From an uncultured bacterium (lineage in GTDB: Bacteria; Patescibacteriota; JAHJAL01), in assembly GCA_938004065.1 (NCBI GenBank), contig CALKWM010000020.1, forward strand, positions 1,813 through 65,812: DNA of 64,000 nt, in the 5' to 3' direction. Below are positions 47,401-55,789 of this stretch, in pieces. How positions within the stretch are numbered: position 1 is the first letter of the stretch; each line of letters opens with the position of its first letter. Below the pieces are notes generated by a model. That model did not search any database. It saw only the letters and a program-made list of their open reading frames with translations, and was not told where the DNA came from. A program made the position numbers and the translations under genes.

Positions 47401-47418
47401 GAGTGGCGCAGTATATAA
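44407..47418 (+). CDS. Type III restriction enzyme Res subunit (SF2 helicase + PD-(D/E)xK endonuclease)
   Basis: Walker A is AIEMETGTGKTYVY and motif II is VIIDEPQS. The C-terminus has the Res endonuclease signature YFVIETKG. Confidence 0.85.
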   Translation: MTKLKLQFDANQEFQKQAVDAIVDVFDGQPLKQSKFTVSVADGSLFGKNTELGYANKLDLIPEDLFKNVIKIQDRNHLKRSEGLLDADYGVPNFAIEMETGTGKTYVYTRTILELNNKYGFTKFIVVVPSVAIREGVNKSLDITKDHFEELYQGQKFNYFVYNSDRLTEVRNFATSDSIEIMVINIDAFRKGFEEDNKSNKNATRIHKEQDKLEGRRPIEFIRDTNPIVIIDEPQSVDNTEKSKEAIKALNPMCIVRYSATHRNTYNLMYRLGPIEAYENKLVKKIEVVAVEGIGSGPYMKLEKVQKAPNGSYSADVVLSVLDKKGEAKTKRVKINTGKRKSFFDVSGQNEIYRNYVVTNISIESGMEYIEFETGDILKLNQNTDDLEIKRTQIRSTIESHLEKELRLLDKNIKVLSLFFLDRVNNYREYLNEGGFKKGRYAQIFEEEYLKIIKLPKYNQLFVTEKSKQYALCEDVDKIHDGYFAQDKKGIFKESRGEGASQADESAYDLIMKDKETLLSFDTPLRFIFSHSALKEGWDNPNVFQICTLVESADTMTKRQKVGRGLRLPVNQSGERIFDDNINILTVVANESYHSFAENLQKEIEKDTNTKFGVVEERLFENILFEKEGKVGELGYEESKEICEYLREQGWVDKNGKVKDELRQIVAREESGEDALVLPMKFASIKKKIVEQIKTTLKRLPIVDSKKKEKVSINKQVFMSDDFVELWNRIKYKTVYHLDFDSKILVENCIHEVRKMPEIKSNAIVARWIDLEINKRGVTFNEPTMIRNYVRDKYDQKQLPDILRYVATYTGLKKRSIADILLRSQTIDAFYINPQEYMEQVIQIINIEKRKLIVDGIKYDKICDDVFYQQELFENEELIGYLKDNAIQVGKSVYSHVIYDSDIEMTFAERLENDADVKLYAKLPDWFKIETPLGDYNPDWAILLEKNGVEKLYFVIETKGSILSEDLRPIEQGKIECGQKHFEALGTGVKFEKVRSYEEWRSI

Positions 47419-47454
47419 GATACAGGAAAATTATTTTGTTTATTAGTATTTTTT

Positions 47455-48138
47455 ATGGATTTTTTTATGGCAAAAATAGAGAAAATGAGCAAAATAACTG
47501 CAAAAATAAAATTTTATGATGAGGAAATTGCAGGGAGAGATTCATTTGAATCAGAAAGTCTTACAAAAAGATTTTTAGAAAACATGAAAAATTTTCTCTA
47601 TCCAGCAGAAGTTGATTACTTGGCTTATAAAATGTTGGTTGAAGATGATGTGTGTGTTATGGCATCAATGACCAATTATCAACAAGCTGTAGAAAAATAC
47701 TTAAGATTTATAAAGTTGTATTTTTATGGAAAAGAATGTCCAAAAAGTAAACAAGGACATATGTATGATGTGATTGTACAAGATACAGATTTGAATACTG
47801 TTATTCCGGATATTACCAGAAAAGAGTTTGTAAAAATATGTAATGAGTTTTCAAGTTGGAGGTATCTTGATTTTAATTCAACAGTAACAAAAGATTTAAT
47901 GAAGATGAACATAGTATTAGATCAGTTTGTGTATGAATTTTGGAAATTATTGTGTGGGTCGCGTGGATTCGTGTTGATGTATAAAACATGTATCATTTCT
48001 GGCAATCCTCATTCTTTTATTCTCCCGCGTATATATCAGACAAATGGAGATTTGAGAAAAAAATATTTAAATTTATTGAAGAGAGATAATCAATATTTTG
48101 AGAAAATGGAGGAATTGTTTAAAAATTATAAATTTTGA
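47455..48138 (+). CDS. Hypothetical protein
   Basis: A 227-aa ORF with no recognisable motif. Confidence 0.4.
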   Translation: MDFFMAKIEKMSKITAKIKFYDEEIAGRDSFESESLTKRFLENMKNFLYPAEVDYLAYKMLVEDDVCVMASMTNYQQAVEKYLRFIKLYFYGKECPKSKQGHMYDVIVQDTDLNTVIPDITRKEFVKICNEFSSWRYLDFNSTVTKDLMKMNIVLDQFVYEFWKLLCGSRGFVLMYKTCIISGNPHSFILPRIYQTNGDLRKKYLNLLKRDNQYFEKMEELFKNYKF

Positions 48139-48147
48139 GGAGATAGA

Positions 48148-48468
48148 ATGAACTATGAAGAGTTAGTTTTGAAGGTTTTATATGAAAAACCCAATAAACC
48201 AGAAAATGTTGTTAAAAGTAAGCATGTTAAATTTGAAGAGTTGAAGATTGCATGTTTTGGTGATGATAATGTGCCGGATTCTAAATTGCTTGATTATGAA
48301 AGTATAGTAGAGCCTTTATTGGATGATTTGAGAAATCTTGAAAATAAAGGATTGATAAAAAATAATTGGCTTGGAGAGAATGTAATTGAACCACTTAGCA
48401 CTTTTATTACTGAAAGAGGAATAAAATACTATACTGATATGTTTTTGGAAGAGAGCTATGATGAGTAG
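48148..48468 (+). CDS. Hypothetical protein
   Basis: A 106-aa ORF with an RBS-like GAGGAG upstream. Confidence 0.4.
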   Translation: MNYEELVLKVLYEKPNKPENVVKSKHVKFEELKIACFGDDNVPDSKLLDYESIVEPLLDDLRNLENKGLIKNNWLGENVIEPLSTFITERGIKYYTDMFLEESYDE

Positions 48469-49643
48469 TATTTATGAATAGTGTAGTATTTGAATTGTTG
48501 TTCTCTTAGATTAGATAGTTTTGTAGGTGTAAACTCTTGCAATTGTTTTTCAACATCGATTAATAAATTATATTTTCCATTTTTTGGGATATTGAGATTG
48601 GATAATTTTCTTTTCAATTTATACCAATAAGAGTGGTTCCGAGCTGTGTCGATGATGTTTCTGAGTTGATTGTGACTGCTGGAATTGATGGCAGTGATTG
48701 CTCCGGATAATTCTAGAATCTGTCTTGCTTTGAGACTCGGATTATTTGTTTTTATTATTTCCATGGTCTCGATTGGTGATTTGCCGCTAAGTAGTAGCAT
48801 TTCTTTGTTTTTGGTCAGTTCTTGCCAGAAGTATTGGAGGACCTTTTGGGATGTGCTTTGTTTAAATAACTGCTTGAAGGTTAAGATTTGGTCAATGCTG
48901 TTTTCTTTGAGGATGCTTTTGATTTTGGCTGTTTTGTTTAGTCTTATTTCTAGTCTCAAAATATTTCTAAATTTAGGTTGGTTTATTTCATCGAGAAGAT
49001 TTAGTTGAATGGAATTGTCATTTTCGATTGCTCTTTTATCTGAGGTTTGGGCTTGTTCGAGATCCTTGATTTTGTCATAAATAACTATTTCATAACTATT
49101 GGCGTGCAATTGAAAAGATTGTCCGCCATTTCTGAATATGACTTTGTTTTCCGTTAGTCTGGGAAATGGATTTAGTTTATGTAATTCAGTGATGATCATG
49201 GGAGGAGTGGTGTGATAGGGTAGGGGAATATTTTTTGAGTAATGGATAGCGGTAACCGGAGCATTATCTAAATGATGATCAAATAATCTAATACCCATAT
49301 TATCGAGAGTGTCTTTTAGTAATTGGAAAATTTTTGGATAGTCCGCATCCGTAAGTTCGTCAAAATTATTTTTGTATAACAGTTTTGGAAGTGATAATTC
49401 GATTCTTAGCTTGATAATTGGTCCGAATAATCCCATTACTGCAATCAAGGTAATTCTTGGTTTATAAATTCTTGAGCGCAATTCTTGTTTGGTTGGATTT
49501 TGGATCCATTTCTTGTTTTGTCGATGTTTAAGATGGCTTATTTCTTCTGAAAAAAGTTTGCTATTGGTATATGGGGAAAATTTACCATAGTCCCAGATTG
49601 AAAACCAATTAATTGGGAATGTTAAAACTATCGTATCGATCAT
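48456..49643 (-). CDS. Rolling-circle replication initiator, Rep_trans family (pT181 RepC / phage CRI-like)
   Basis: KVIFRNGGQSFQLHANSYEIVIYDK matches the Rep_trans catalytic Tyr block (cf. ...YFG....RFIRIYNK). LRLEIRLNK matches the conserved WRVEIELKR block. Confidence 0.55.
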   Translation of the reverse strand: MIDTIVLTFPINWFSIWDYGKFSPYTNSKLFSEEISHLKHRQNKKWIQNPTKQELRSRIYKPRITLIAVMGLFGPIIKLRIELSLPKLLYKNNFDELTDADYPKIFQLLKDTLDNMGIRLFDHHLDNAPVTAIHYSKNIPLPYHTTPPMIITELHKLNPFPRLTENKVIFRNGGQSFQLHANSYEIVIYDKIKDLEQAQTSDKRAIENDNSIQLNLLDEINQPKFRNILRLEIRLNKTAKIKSILKENSIDQILTFKQLFKQSTSQKVLQYFWQELTKNKEMLLLSGKSPIETMEIIKTNNPSLKARQILELSGAITAINSSSHNQLRNIIDTARNHSYWYKLKRKLSNLNIPKNGKYNLLIDVEKQLQEFTPTKLSNLREQQFKYYTIHKYYSS

Positions 49644-49920
49644 TAGCTTGCATTACTTTTTTGAATTGATTAATAACTTCTCTTTCTATGATTTGAGAAG
49701 TTTCTTTATTGATAGGGTGAAATAACTGAATATGATTATCACCTATTTTTTTAGTGGGATAGGTGAGTCGGTAACCTTCTTGATTGAGCTTGCTATGAAT
49801 GCCTATTGAGCTAAGATATATCTTGTTATCTAAGACAAAACTAGCAAAAGCAATTAAACCATTATGAGCTTTGATTGGAATGATTTGAATTTCGGTTATT
49901 CTGGTTGTCACTTTTTTCAT
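49609..49920 (-). CDS. spoVG: SpoVG-family DNA/RNA-binding protein
   Basis: ITEIQIIPIKAHNGLIAFASFVLDNKIYLSSIGIHSK...YRLTYPTKKIGDNHIQLFHPINKETSQIIEREV is collinear with SpoVG. Confidence 0.75.
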   Translation of the reverse strand: MKKVTTRITEIQIIPIKAHNGLIAFASFVLDNKIYLSSIGIHSKLNQEGYRLTYPTKKIGDNHIQLFHPINKETSQIIEREVINQFKKVMQANDRYDSFNIPN

Positions 49921-50140
49921 TGTTTTGGTTCATTTCAATTAATAAATTGACGTAGTTAAAAAGATTTTCAAATGCTTCTTCGACCTCAGGTTCGCTGAGT
50001 TGCGGAAAATATTTTTGACCAAGTTTTTTGCGGTTTTCTGAAAGCATTAAAAAATCGACTTATATTTGTAAGTCGATAATAAAATGAAATTGTATTGTAA
50101 AACGGGATTTCCTAGCCGTTCCTAACGAATCCTAAGAAAT

Positions 50141-50857
50141 CTATTTCTTAAAATCAAGAATTGTGAGAAGTCCAAAATGGGTTTTTTCTAAATGATTTTT
50201 TGTAATTGGGTTTGTAAATTTTATAATTTCCTTATTGATGGTAAAGAAAAGTTTTTTAGATTTATCTTTGAATCCTAAATCATTGATGATGCCAGATATA
50301 TCACGTTTTGATTCTAGCTCAGCATTTTTAATAACGTCTTGAGTTTTTAGGTCTTGGTTGGGGTTGTTAATCAAATATCTAATGAGTTTGTTGCTGTCTT
50401 TTCCATAGACAGGCGTATGAATTACTATGTTGTTTAGAAGTAATTGATCTGTTTCTTCGTTGAACGATAGCTCGTATATAATGTCTTCTTTTTTCATGAT
50501 CTTAGTTCTTTTATCAAATTTATCAGCGAGTTTTTTATAATAGGGTGGAAACTTGTTGCTCAATTCGATTAGATATTCCACGCATTGTGGATCTTCTTTC
50601 TCAACTTGATTAATAGTTAGGTTTCTATCGTAATCGTAAGGATCATATGAATTTTTACTTCTATACTCGATTGAATGTATTTTGAATAATTCATTATCTT
50701 GGGATAACTTTTTAATCAAGAGATGAAACTCATGGTAAAAGGGTGCAAGAGCCTCTGGTTCAATGCGAATATAGTCATTTGAAGATGTGATTTGAGATTT
50801 TTCATAAATATACTGGACCAATTTCCAGATTTTTCCTTCGTATTTTTCGTTGTTCAT
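50141..50857 (-). CDS. Hypothetical protein
   Basis: A 238-aa ORF. Confidence 0.4.
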   Translation of the reverse strand: MNNEKYEGKIWKLVQYIYEKSQITSSNDYIRIEPEALAPFYHEFHLLIKKLSQDNELFKIHSIEYRSKNSYDPYDYDRNLTINQVEKEDPQCVEYLIELSNKFPPYYKKLADKFDKRTKIMKKEDIIYELSFNEETDQLLLNNIVIHTPVYGKDSNKLIRYLINNPNQDLKTQDVIKNAELESKRDISGIINDLGFKDKSKKLFFTINKEIIKFTNPITKNHLEKTHFGLLTILDFKK

Positions 50858-50947
50858 AATGCATTACGTTTTTATTGTTATTATTACTGTATATATTATA
50901 TATTTTATAATATTTTTCGGGTTATAATATATATGAGGAGTAAAAAT

Positions 50948-51448
50948 ATGATTAAAAATATCTCCGAAAAATATAAGAATGTAATTATCTATTTTGCCAT
51001 AAAGATTCGTAATGGTACTTTGGGCGTTTTAAAGTTGGCCAAATTGATGTACTACCTAGATTTTGATTTTTTTGAGAAATATGGAAAATCTGTAACTGGT
51101 GATGAGTATCTGAGGTTTGACAGAGGTCCGGTTCCTAGAATGTTTAAAAAGTGTATTGATGAAATGGATGGAAAAGAGATAAAGGTTATAAAAAAGAAAT
51201 TGGGAAATGGTTATAATGATCAACAATGCATAGAGCCATTGGTTGGTTTTAATAACTCATATTTTACTAAGAATGAATTAGTCATGATGGATGAGATAGC
51301 TGATAAATGGGAAAAAATGACAGGAACAGAAATGAAACATGCTAGTCACGGTGAAGCTCCTTGGATTGCAACCAAAAAAGACGCAGTTATTGATTATAAT
51401 CTTGCATATTATCGCAATAAATATAGCGAAATGGATGCAAAGGAGTGA
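50948..51448 (+). CDS. Panacea-domain (SocA-like, DUF4065) putative antitoxin
   Basis: LKLAKLMYYLDFDFFEKYGKSVTGDEYLRFDRGPVP is the core of the Panacea/DUF4065 domain. The start is moved to MIKNISEKY. Confidence 0.65.
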   Translation: MIKNISEKYKNVIIYFAIKIRNGTLGVLKLAKLMYYLDFDFFEKYGKSVTGDEYLRFDRGPVPRMFKKCIDEMDGKEIKVIKKKLGNGYNDQQCIEPLVGFNNSYFTKNELVMMDEIADKWEKMTGTEMKHASHGEAPWIATKKDAVIDYNLAYYRNKYSEMDAKE

Positions 51449-51795
51449 AATTGGAGATAAAGTGTCATTCTGATATTGATAAAGATTTGAAGAATTTAAA
51501 AAAGTGTGCCGATCCCTTGGGTTCACTTGAATCATGGGAGAGACTTTTTCTAGTTAAAGGAATTAATGAAACTCCAGGAATTGATCCTTATCCTGGTTTT
51601 GGAGATAAAAAAATCTATAAGGCAAGAGTAGTTCCATTGAAAGAGAATCGTGGCAAATCTGATGGTTATAGATTGGTTTTTCAACTAATATCCAATGATT
51701 GTATAAAACTTGTAGCATATTACAGACATAATGCTGGTAAGCTAAAAAAAGAAAGTAAGGTTATGGGTGTTGTAAAATCGAGGTTATTGGATTAA
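51445..51795 (+). CDS. RelE/ParE-superfamily toxin-like protein
   Basis: Its start overlaps the Panacea stop. ...KKIYKARV...GKSDGYRLVFQLISNDCIKLVAYYRH matches RelE/ParE C-terminal beta-strands. Confidence 0.5.
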   Translation: MKLEIKCHSDIDKDLKNLKKCADPLGSLESWERLFLVKGINETPGIDPYPGFGDKKIYKARVVPLKENRGKSDGYRLVFQLISNDCIKLVAYYRHNAGKLKKESKVMGVVKSRLLD

Positions 51796-52069
51796 TGCAT
51801 GTGACAAAGTTTAGTATTGTTTCATGAAATGAGATAATATCGAGGTAGTATTTAGTTCGAAACATGTCAATGAGGGGGAGTGCTTTTTTTAAGTAGAGTA
51901 TAGTAGTTGGTTTTGAAAGTGGATAAATAAATTGTGAATAAAAAAAATATGATAGAGAACAATTTGTGAATGAGGGTTTATTAATATAAATTTAATCTAA
52001 TTATTAGATTATTTTAATGTGGTATATTATTAAATTGTTAATATGTTTTAAAATAGTAATATTAAAAAA

Positions 52070-52264
52070 ATGGGGGGGGATGAAATGGAAAAGGAATTAC
52101 CAAAGGTGGTAATTGTTGGTGAGAGATTTTATGCCGGACTAAGATCGATAGGATCAAATTCCAAGAAGTACAAAGCTGAGAAATATGAAACGGCAGATAG
52201 TTTTATCAATCATTTTTCAGCAAATATTAATGGATTGGATGAGTGTGCATTAGTGGTTGTTTAA
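52070..52264 (+). CDS. Small hypothetical protein
   Basis: A 64-aa ORF immediately preceding and coupled to 52265..53170. Confidence 0.3.
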   Translation: MGGDEMEKELPKVVIVGERFYAGLRSIGSNSKKYKAEKYETADSFINHFSANINGLDECALVVV

Positions 52265-53170
52265 ATGGAACTACCTGATACTCAAAAAAATGGAATTACG
52301 GTGGCGTTGTTTTTGGAAGAGGCCAGATTTTCAAATTATTTGCTTATGAGTACCATGACCAAAGATCAGTTTATAGGCAAATTATCCAGTTGTGTAATTC
52401 CTAATAAGTCAAAAATTTCTGCGATAGCAAAAATTTTTCAAGAGTGTTTGATAATGCCCAATTTAAATGGCGAGTTTCTCAATTGTTTGCTAAATTTAAC
52501 TATTAAATTTGTCCATTCGGGCAAAAAAATTCAATTGTTAAAAAAATCGTTTGGGGATTTAACTATTGAGAATAAACAATTGTCGTCTGTGGCAGATTTA
52601 ATCGATTGTTTTATAAATGCCATTGACGCATCTCAAAAAACCGCCGAGCAATATATTGTTGAATTATCAGATGGGCGATATGTGACTGAACTCGGTATGG
52701 ACTTGTTGGTGAAATTGCATCATACCATAGAAGAATTGTCGGAACTGGTGATTTTTGGTCAGGATTGTTTTTCTAAAAAAAGTTATGGGAAAGATATCAC
52801 TTTGGTCGATTCAGTAAAAAATGTGATTACTGAATTGTCTAAAAAAATTGGTTGTGAGATTGATCCTGATTTGTCCGGAATCGATAATGATGTTATTAAA
52901 ATTTCTCCCGGGATATTGGATGTGGTATTGTCCGATTTGTTGCAAAAATACATCCAATATTTGAGAGAAAAAAAGCAAAATCAGTTTTTTATCGAGATGA
53001 AAACTGATGTAAGTTTAAAGACCAGGTTAAATGTAAAATTGAATAGCGCTGATTTTGTAAAGAGTTATGCCAAATCATATTTTGAAAATTCTTTTCTGAA
53101 AAATTTGCATGAAAAGGAAATTGTGTGTTTTGGTGTAGTTAGCGCAAATGAAATCGAATACAAATTTTAA
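52265..53170 (+). CDS. Hypothetical protein
   Basis: A 301-aa ORF. Confidence 0.45.
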   Translation: MELPDTQKNGITVALFLEEARFSNYLLMSTMTKDQFIGKLSSCVIPNKSKISAIAKIFQECLIMPNLNGEFLNCLLNLTIKFVHSGKKIQLLKKSFGDLTIENKQLSSVADLIDCFINAIDASQKTAEQYIVELSDGRYVTELGMDLLVKLHHTIEELSELVIFGQDCFSKKSYGKDITLVDSVKNVITELSKKIGCEIDPDLSGIDNDVIKISPGILDVVLSDLLQKYIQYLREKKQNQFFIEMKTDVSLKTRLNVKLNSADFVKSYAKSYFENSFLKNLHEKEIVCFGVVSANEIEYKF

Positions 53171-53176
53171 ATATAG

Positions 53177-53205
53177 CAATCCGGAATATTCTTCCGGATT
53201 GTTTT
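53177..53205 (+). terminator. Intrinsic terminator
   Basis: CAATCCGGA-atattc-TTCCGGATTGTTTTC. Confidence 0.6.
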
Positions 53206-53327
53206 CAAATATAGAGAAAATATTTTTCATTGATTATTTTGGCTTTTTGGAACTTGGCTGATTATTGAAAAGTAATTGGGTTTTGTATTATGCTGTATGT
53301 TAAGATTTAAACAAGGAGGGGGTAGAA

Positions 53328-54155
53328 ATGAATTTTAAAAAGGTAGAGGAAAGAAAATCACAATTAGTGAGATTGGAAAATCATGAACTGGATTTACCCG
53401 TGGACACTTATTTTTATATCGACGATGATCTGGAAGATATTTTGTTGGACAGAAGTATGGTTGGATGGTTACTGCAACTAAAAATGTTTCGAGTAACGAG
53501 GTCGATATTTAGTTCGATAAGAGAAATTATTTTGGATAGGTATCCGCCGGAAACTAGAGTGGAACAGGTAAATTTAGCCGGGAGCGATTTTTACCAAGCG
53601 CAGTCCGCACATGCCAAAGAATTTAATAGTTGTTTACGGCGAAATTATGTTGGGGAGCATCGAGAGCCAATCAAAGGCAAGTATGATGCAAATGGCAAGC
53701 AGCAATTCAGAGTTGTTGTGTCATATGTTAGAATTGAGGCCTTTGGGAAGCTGTTAATTTTGTGCGAGACATTGGCAACTGGTAGAAGTGCTATAGAAAG
53801 TTTTAATCATACTTTGCCGGTCATGTTGGAAAATGGTTTGGAAACCGTATTGATCATAACGGTTGCCGGTTCGATTGATGGTGCTCAGAATTTATATCGA
53901 TACTTGAAACGATATAAATTGGAAGTGGTGTTTATGGTGGGTATGGGTTTGTTCCCTTTGGGTGCAGACGGAACAGCGCTTATGTGGCGAGGTAAAAATG
54001 GTGAGGAACCCATAACTTTGCCTGAATATGTCGAACGAGGTAAAAAAATATTCCTCCCCGGGGAGTGTTGTATAGGTGATTGGGGGAGAAGATATACTGA
54101 TCCAAAGGGGTATTTGGAAGAATGGAAGAAGGAGACGACAATGTTAAAAAAATAG
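53328..54155 (+). CDS. Hypothetical protein
   Basis: A 275-aa ORF with the RBS AAGGAGGGGG 6 nt upstream. Confidence 0.5.
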   Translation: MNFKKVEERKSQLVRLENHELDLPVDTYFYIDDDLEDILLDRSMVGWLLQLKMFRVTRSIFSSIREIILDRYPPETRVEQVNLAGSDFYQAQSAHAKEFNSCLRRNYVGEHREPIKGKYDANGKQQFRVVVSYVRIEAFGKLLILCETLATGRSAIESFNHTLPVMLENGLETVLIITVAGSIDGAQNLYRYLKRYKLEVVFMVGMGLFPLGADGTALMWRGKNGEEPITLPEYVERGKKIFLPGECCIGDWGRRYTDPKGYLEEWKKETTMLKK

Positions 54156-54254
54156 ATATAATTAGAAAAAAATTTACGATTTGATGACTATCAGGTCGTT
54201 TTTTTATTGATTAAAGGTTAAAATGGATATAGTTTTTAAAATTATTATAAATAG

Positions 54255-55601
54255 ATGAAGATTACTTTGAAGGGGGCGGCTGGGGGTGTGACGGGATCGT
54301 GTACATTGCTGGAGACGAAAGGTAAAAAATATTTGATTGATTGTGGTATGTTTCAGGGTGGAGAGGAGATGAAACAAAGGAATCGTGAGTTGTTTGATTT
54401 CGATGTCAAAGAAATTGAAGCGGTTTTTTTAACTCATGCTCATTTGGATCATTGCGGATTGTTGCCCAAGCTGGTAAAAGAGGGTTTCAAGGGTAAATTG
54501 TATTGTACCAATCCAACGGTAGAAATGACGGAGATTGTATTGTTGGATTCGGCCAGAATTGCGAGCGAGGACGCCAAATATGATGAAATTGAACCGATAT
54601 ATGACGAAGACGATGTGGGTATGCTTTTGAGTTTTTTTGTTGGCAAGGAGTATCATGAGCCATTTTTGGTAAATGATCTGGAGGTGAAGTTTTGGGATGC
54701 CGGGCATATATTGGGATCGGCGATTGTGGAAATATTTGATGGAGAAAAAAGAATTTTGTTTTCAGGCGATTTGGGTAACTATCCGGTTTTATTGTTAAAT
54801 AAACCCGATTCTCCGATCGGTGCCGATGCGTTGGTAGTTGAGTCAACTTATGGAGATAGACAGCATGAAGATGTTTATATGAGGAAATTGATTTTGCGTA
54901 ATGCGGTTTGTAAAGCTTTGGGACATGGAGGAGTGGTGATGATTCCGGCTTTTGCAATGGAGAGGACGCAAGAACTTTTGTATGTTTTCAATGATTTCGC
55001 CGAAAGAGAAAAAATGTGTCGAGGGATGGTGTATATGGATAGCCCGATGGCAACCAAGATTACCAAAGTTTTCAATAAATATACCGATTATCTCAATGAA
55101 GAAGCGAAATGGTTTTTATCAACTGAAAATGACTTGTTCGGGTTTCCACAATTAAAAATTACCAATACGGTGGCGGAGTCAAAGGCGATTAATTTTGATG
55201 CCGAGCCAAAAGTGATAATAGCCGGATCGGGAATGATGAATGGAGGTCGGATTAGACATCATTTGAAACATTATTTATCGGATAGTAGAAATGTGGTTTT
55301 TATAGTGGGCTATCAGGTGGCCGGTACTTTGGGCCGAGAGATATTGGATGGAGCCAAGAGTGTGAAGATATTTGGTGAAGACATAGATGTAAAAGCACAA
55401 ATTATGGCAGTGGGGGCCTTTTCGGCGCATGCTGATCGAAATCGTATATTGCAATGGATTGCCTCGATGGAAAAATTGCCTCAAAAAATAATTTTGAATC
55501 ATGGGGAGCAGGGGGCAAAGGAAAGTTTACAGGTGAAGATAAATGAGACTTTGCGGACGGAATGCCTGGTGCCGAAAGAAAATGAAGTATTGGAAATATA
55601 G
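54255..55601 (+). CDS. Beta-CASP family metallo-beta-lactamase RNA-processing nuclease (RNase J/CPSF-like)
   Basis: The MBL motif is THAHLDHCGLLP. The N-terminus is MKITLKGAAGGVTGSCTLLETKGKKYLIDCGMFQGG. The C-terminus has a beta-CASP/RNA-specificity region. Confidence 0.8.
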   Translation: MKITLKGAAGGVTGSCTLLETKGKKYLIDCGMFQGGEEMKQRNRELFDFDVKEIEAVFLTHAHLDHCGLLPKLVKEGFKGKLYCTNPTVEMTEIVLLDSARIASEDAKYDEIEPIYDEDDVGMLLSFFVGKEYHEPFLVNDLEVKFWDAGHILGSAIVEIFDGEKRILFSGDLGNYPVLLLNKPDSPIGADALVVESTYGDRQHEDVYMRKLILRNAVCKALGHGGVVMIPAFAMERTQELLYVFNDFAEREKMCRGMVYMDSPMATKITKVFNKYTDYLNEEAKWFLSTENDLFGFPQLKITNTVAESKAINFDAEPKVIIAGSGMMNGGRIRHHLKHYLSDSRNVVFIVGYQVAGTLGREILDGAKSVKIFGEDIDVKAQIMAVGAFSAHADRNRILQWIASMEKLPQKIILNHGEQGAKESLQVKINETLRTECLVPKENEVLEI

Positions 55602-55624
55602 AAACAAAATTATCATATTGCTTT

Positions 55625-55745
55625 TTTTGACAGCAAAAAAAGCAACAAAAAAACTGCCGGGGGTCATAATTGCGGGAATCTCTATGGTAATTGTATATTT
55701 GCGCTGCAGGGCCGCAAGTATTCCCCCCGGACCCCCATGTTGCTA
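55625..55745 (+). repeat. Long-hairpin repeat module G, copy 1
   Basis: gggggtcataattgcgg ... ccgcaagtat..ggaccccc form a 17-bp interrupted stem with a ~45-nt loop. An upstream A-rich block is similar in both copies. Confidence 0.7.
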
Positions 55746-55789
55746 CGAGTTCAAAAAAAATAACAATATTTACATTATTGATATAAAGT

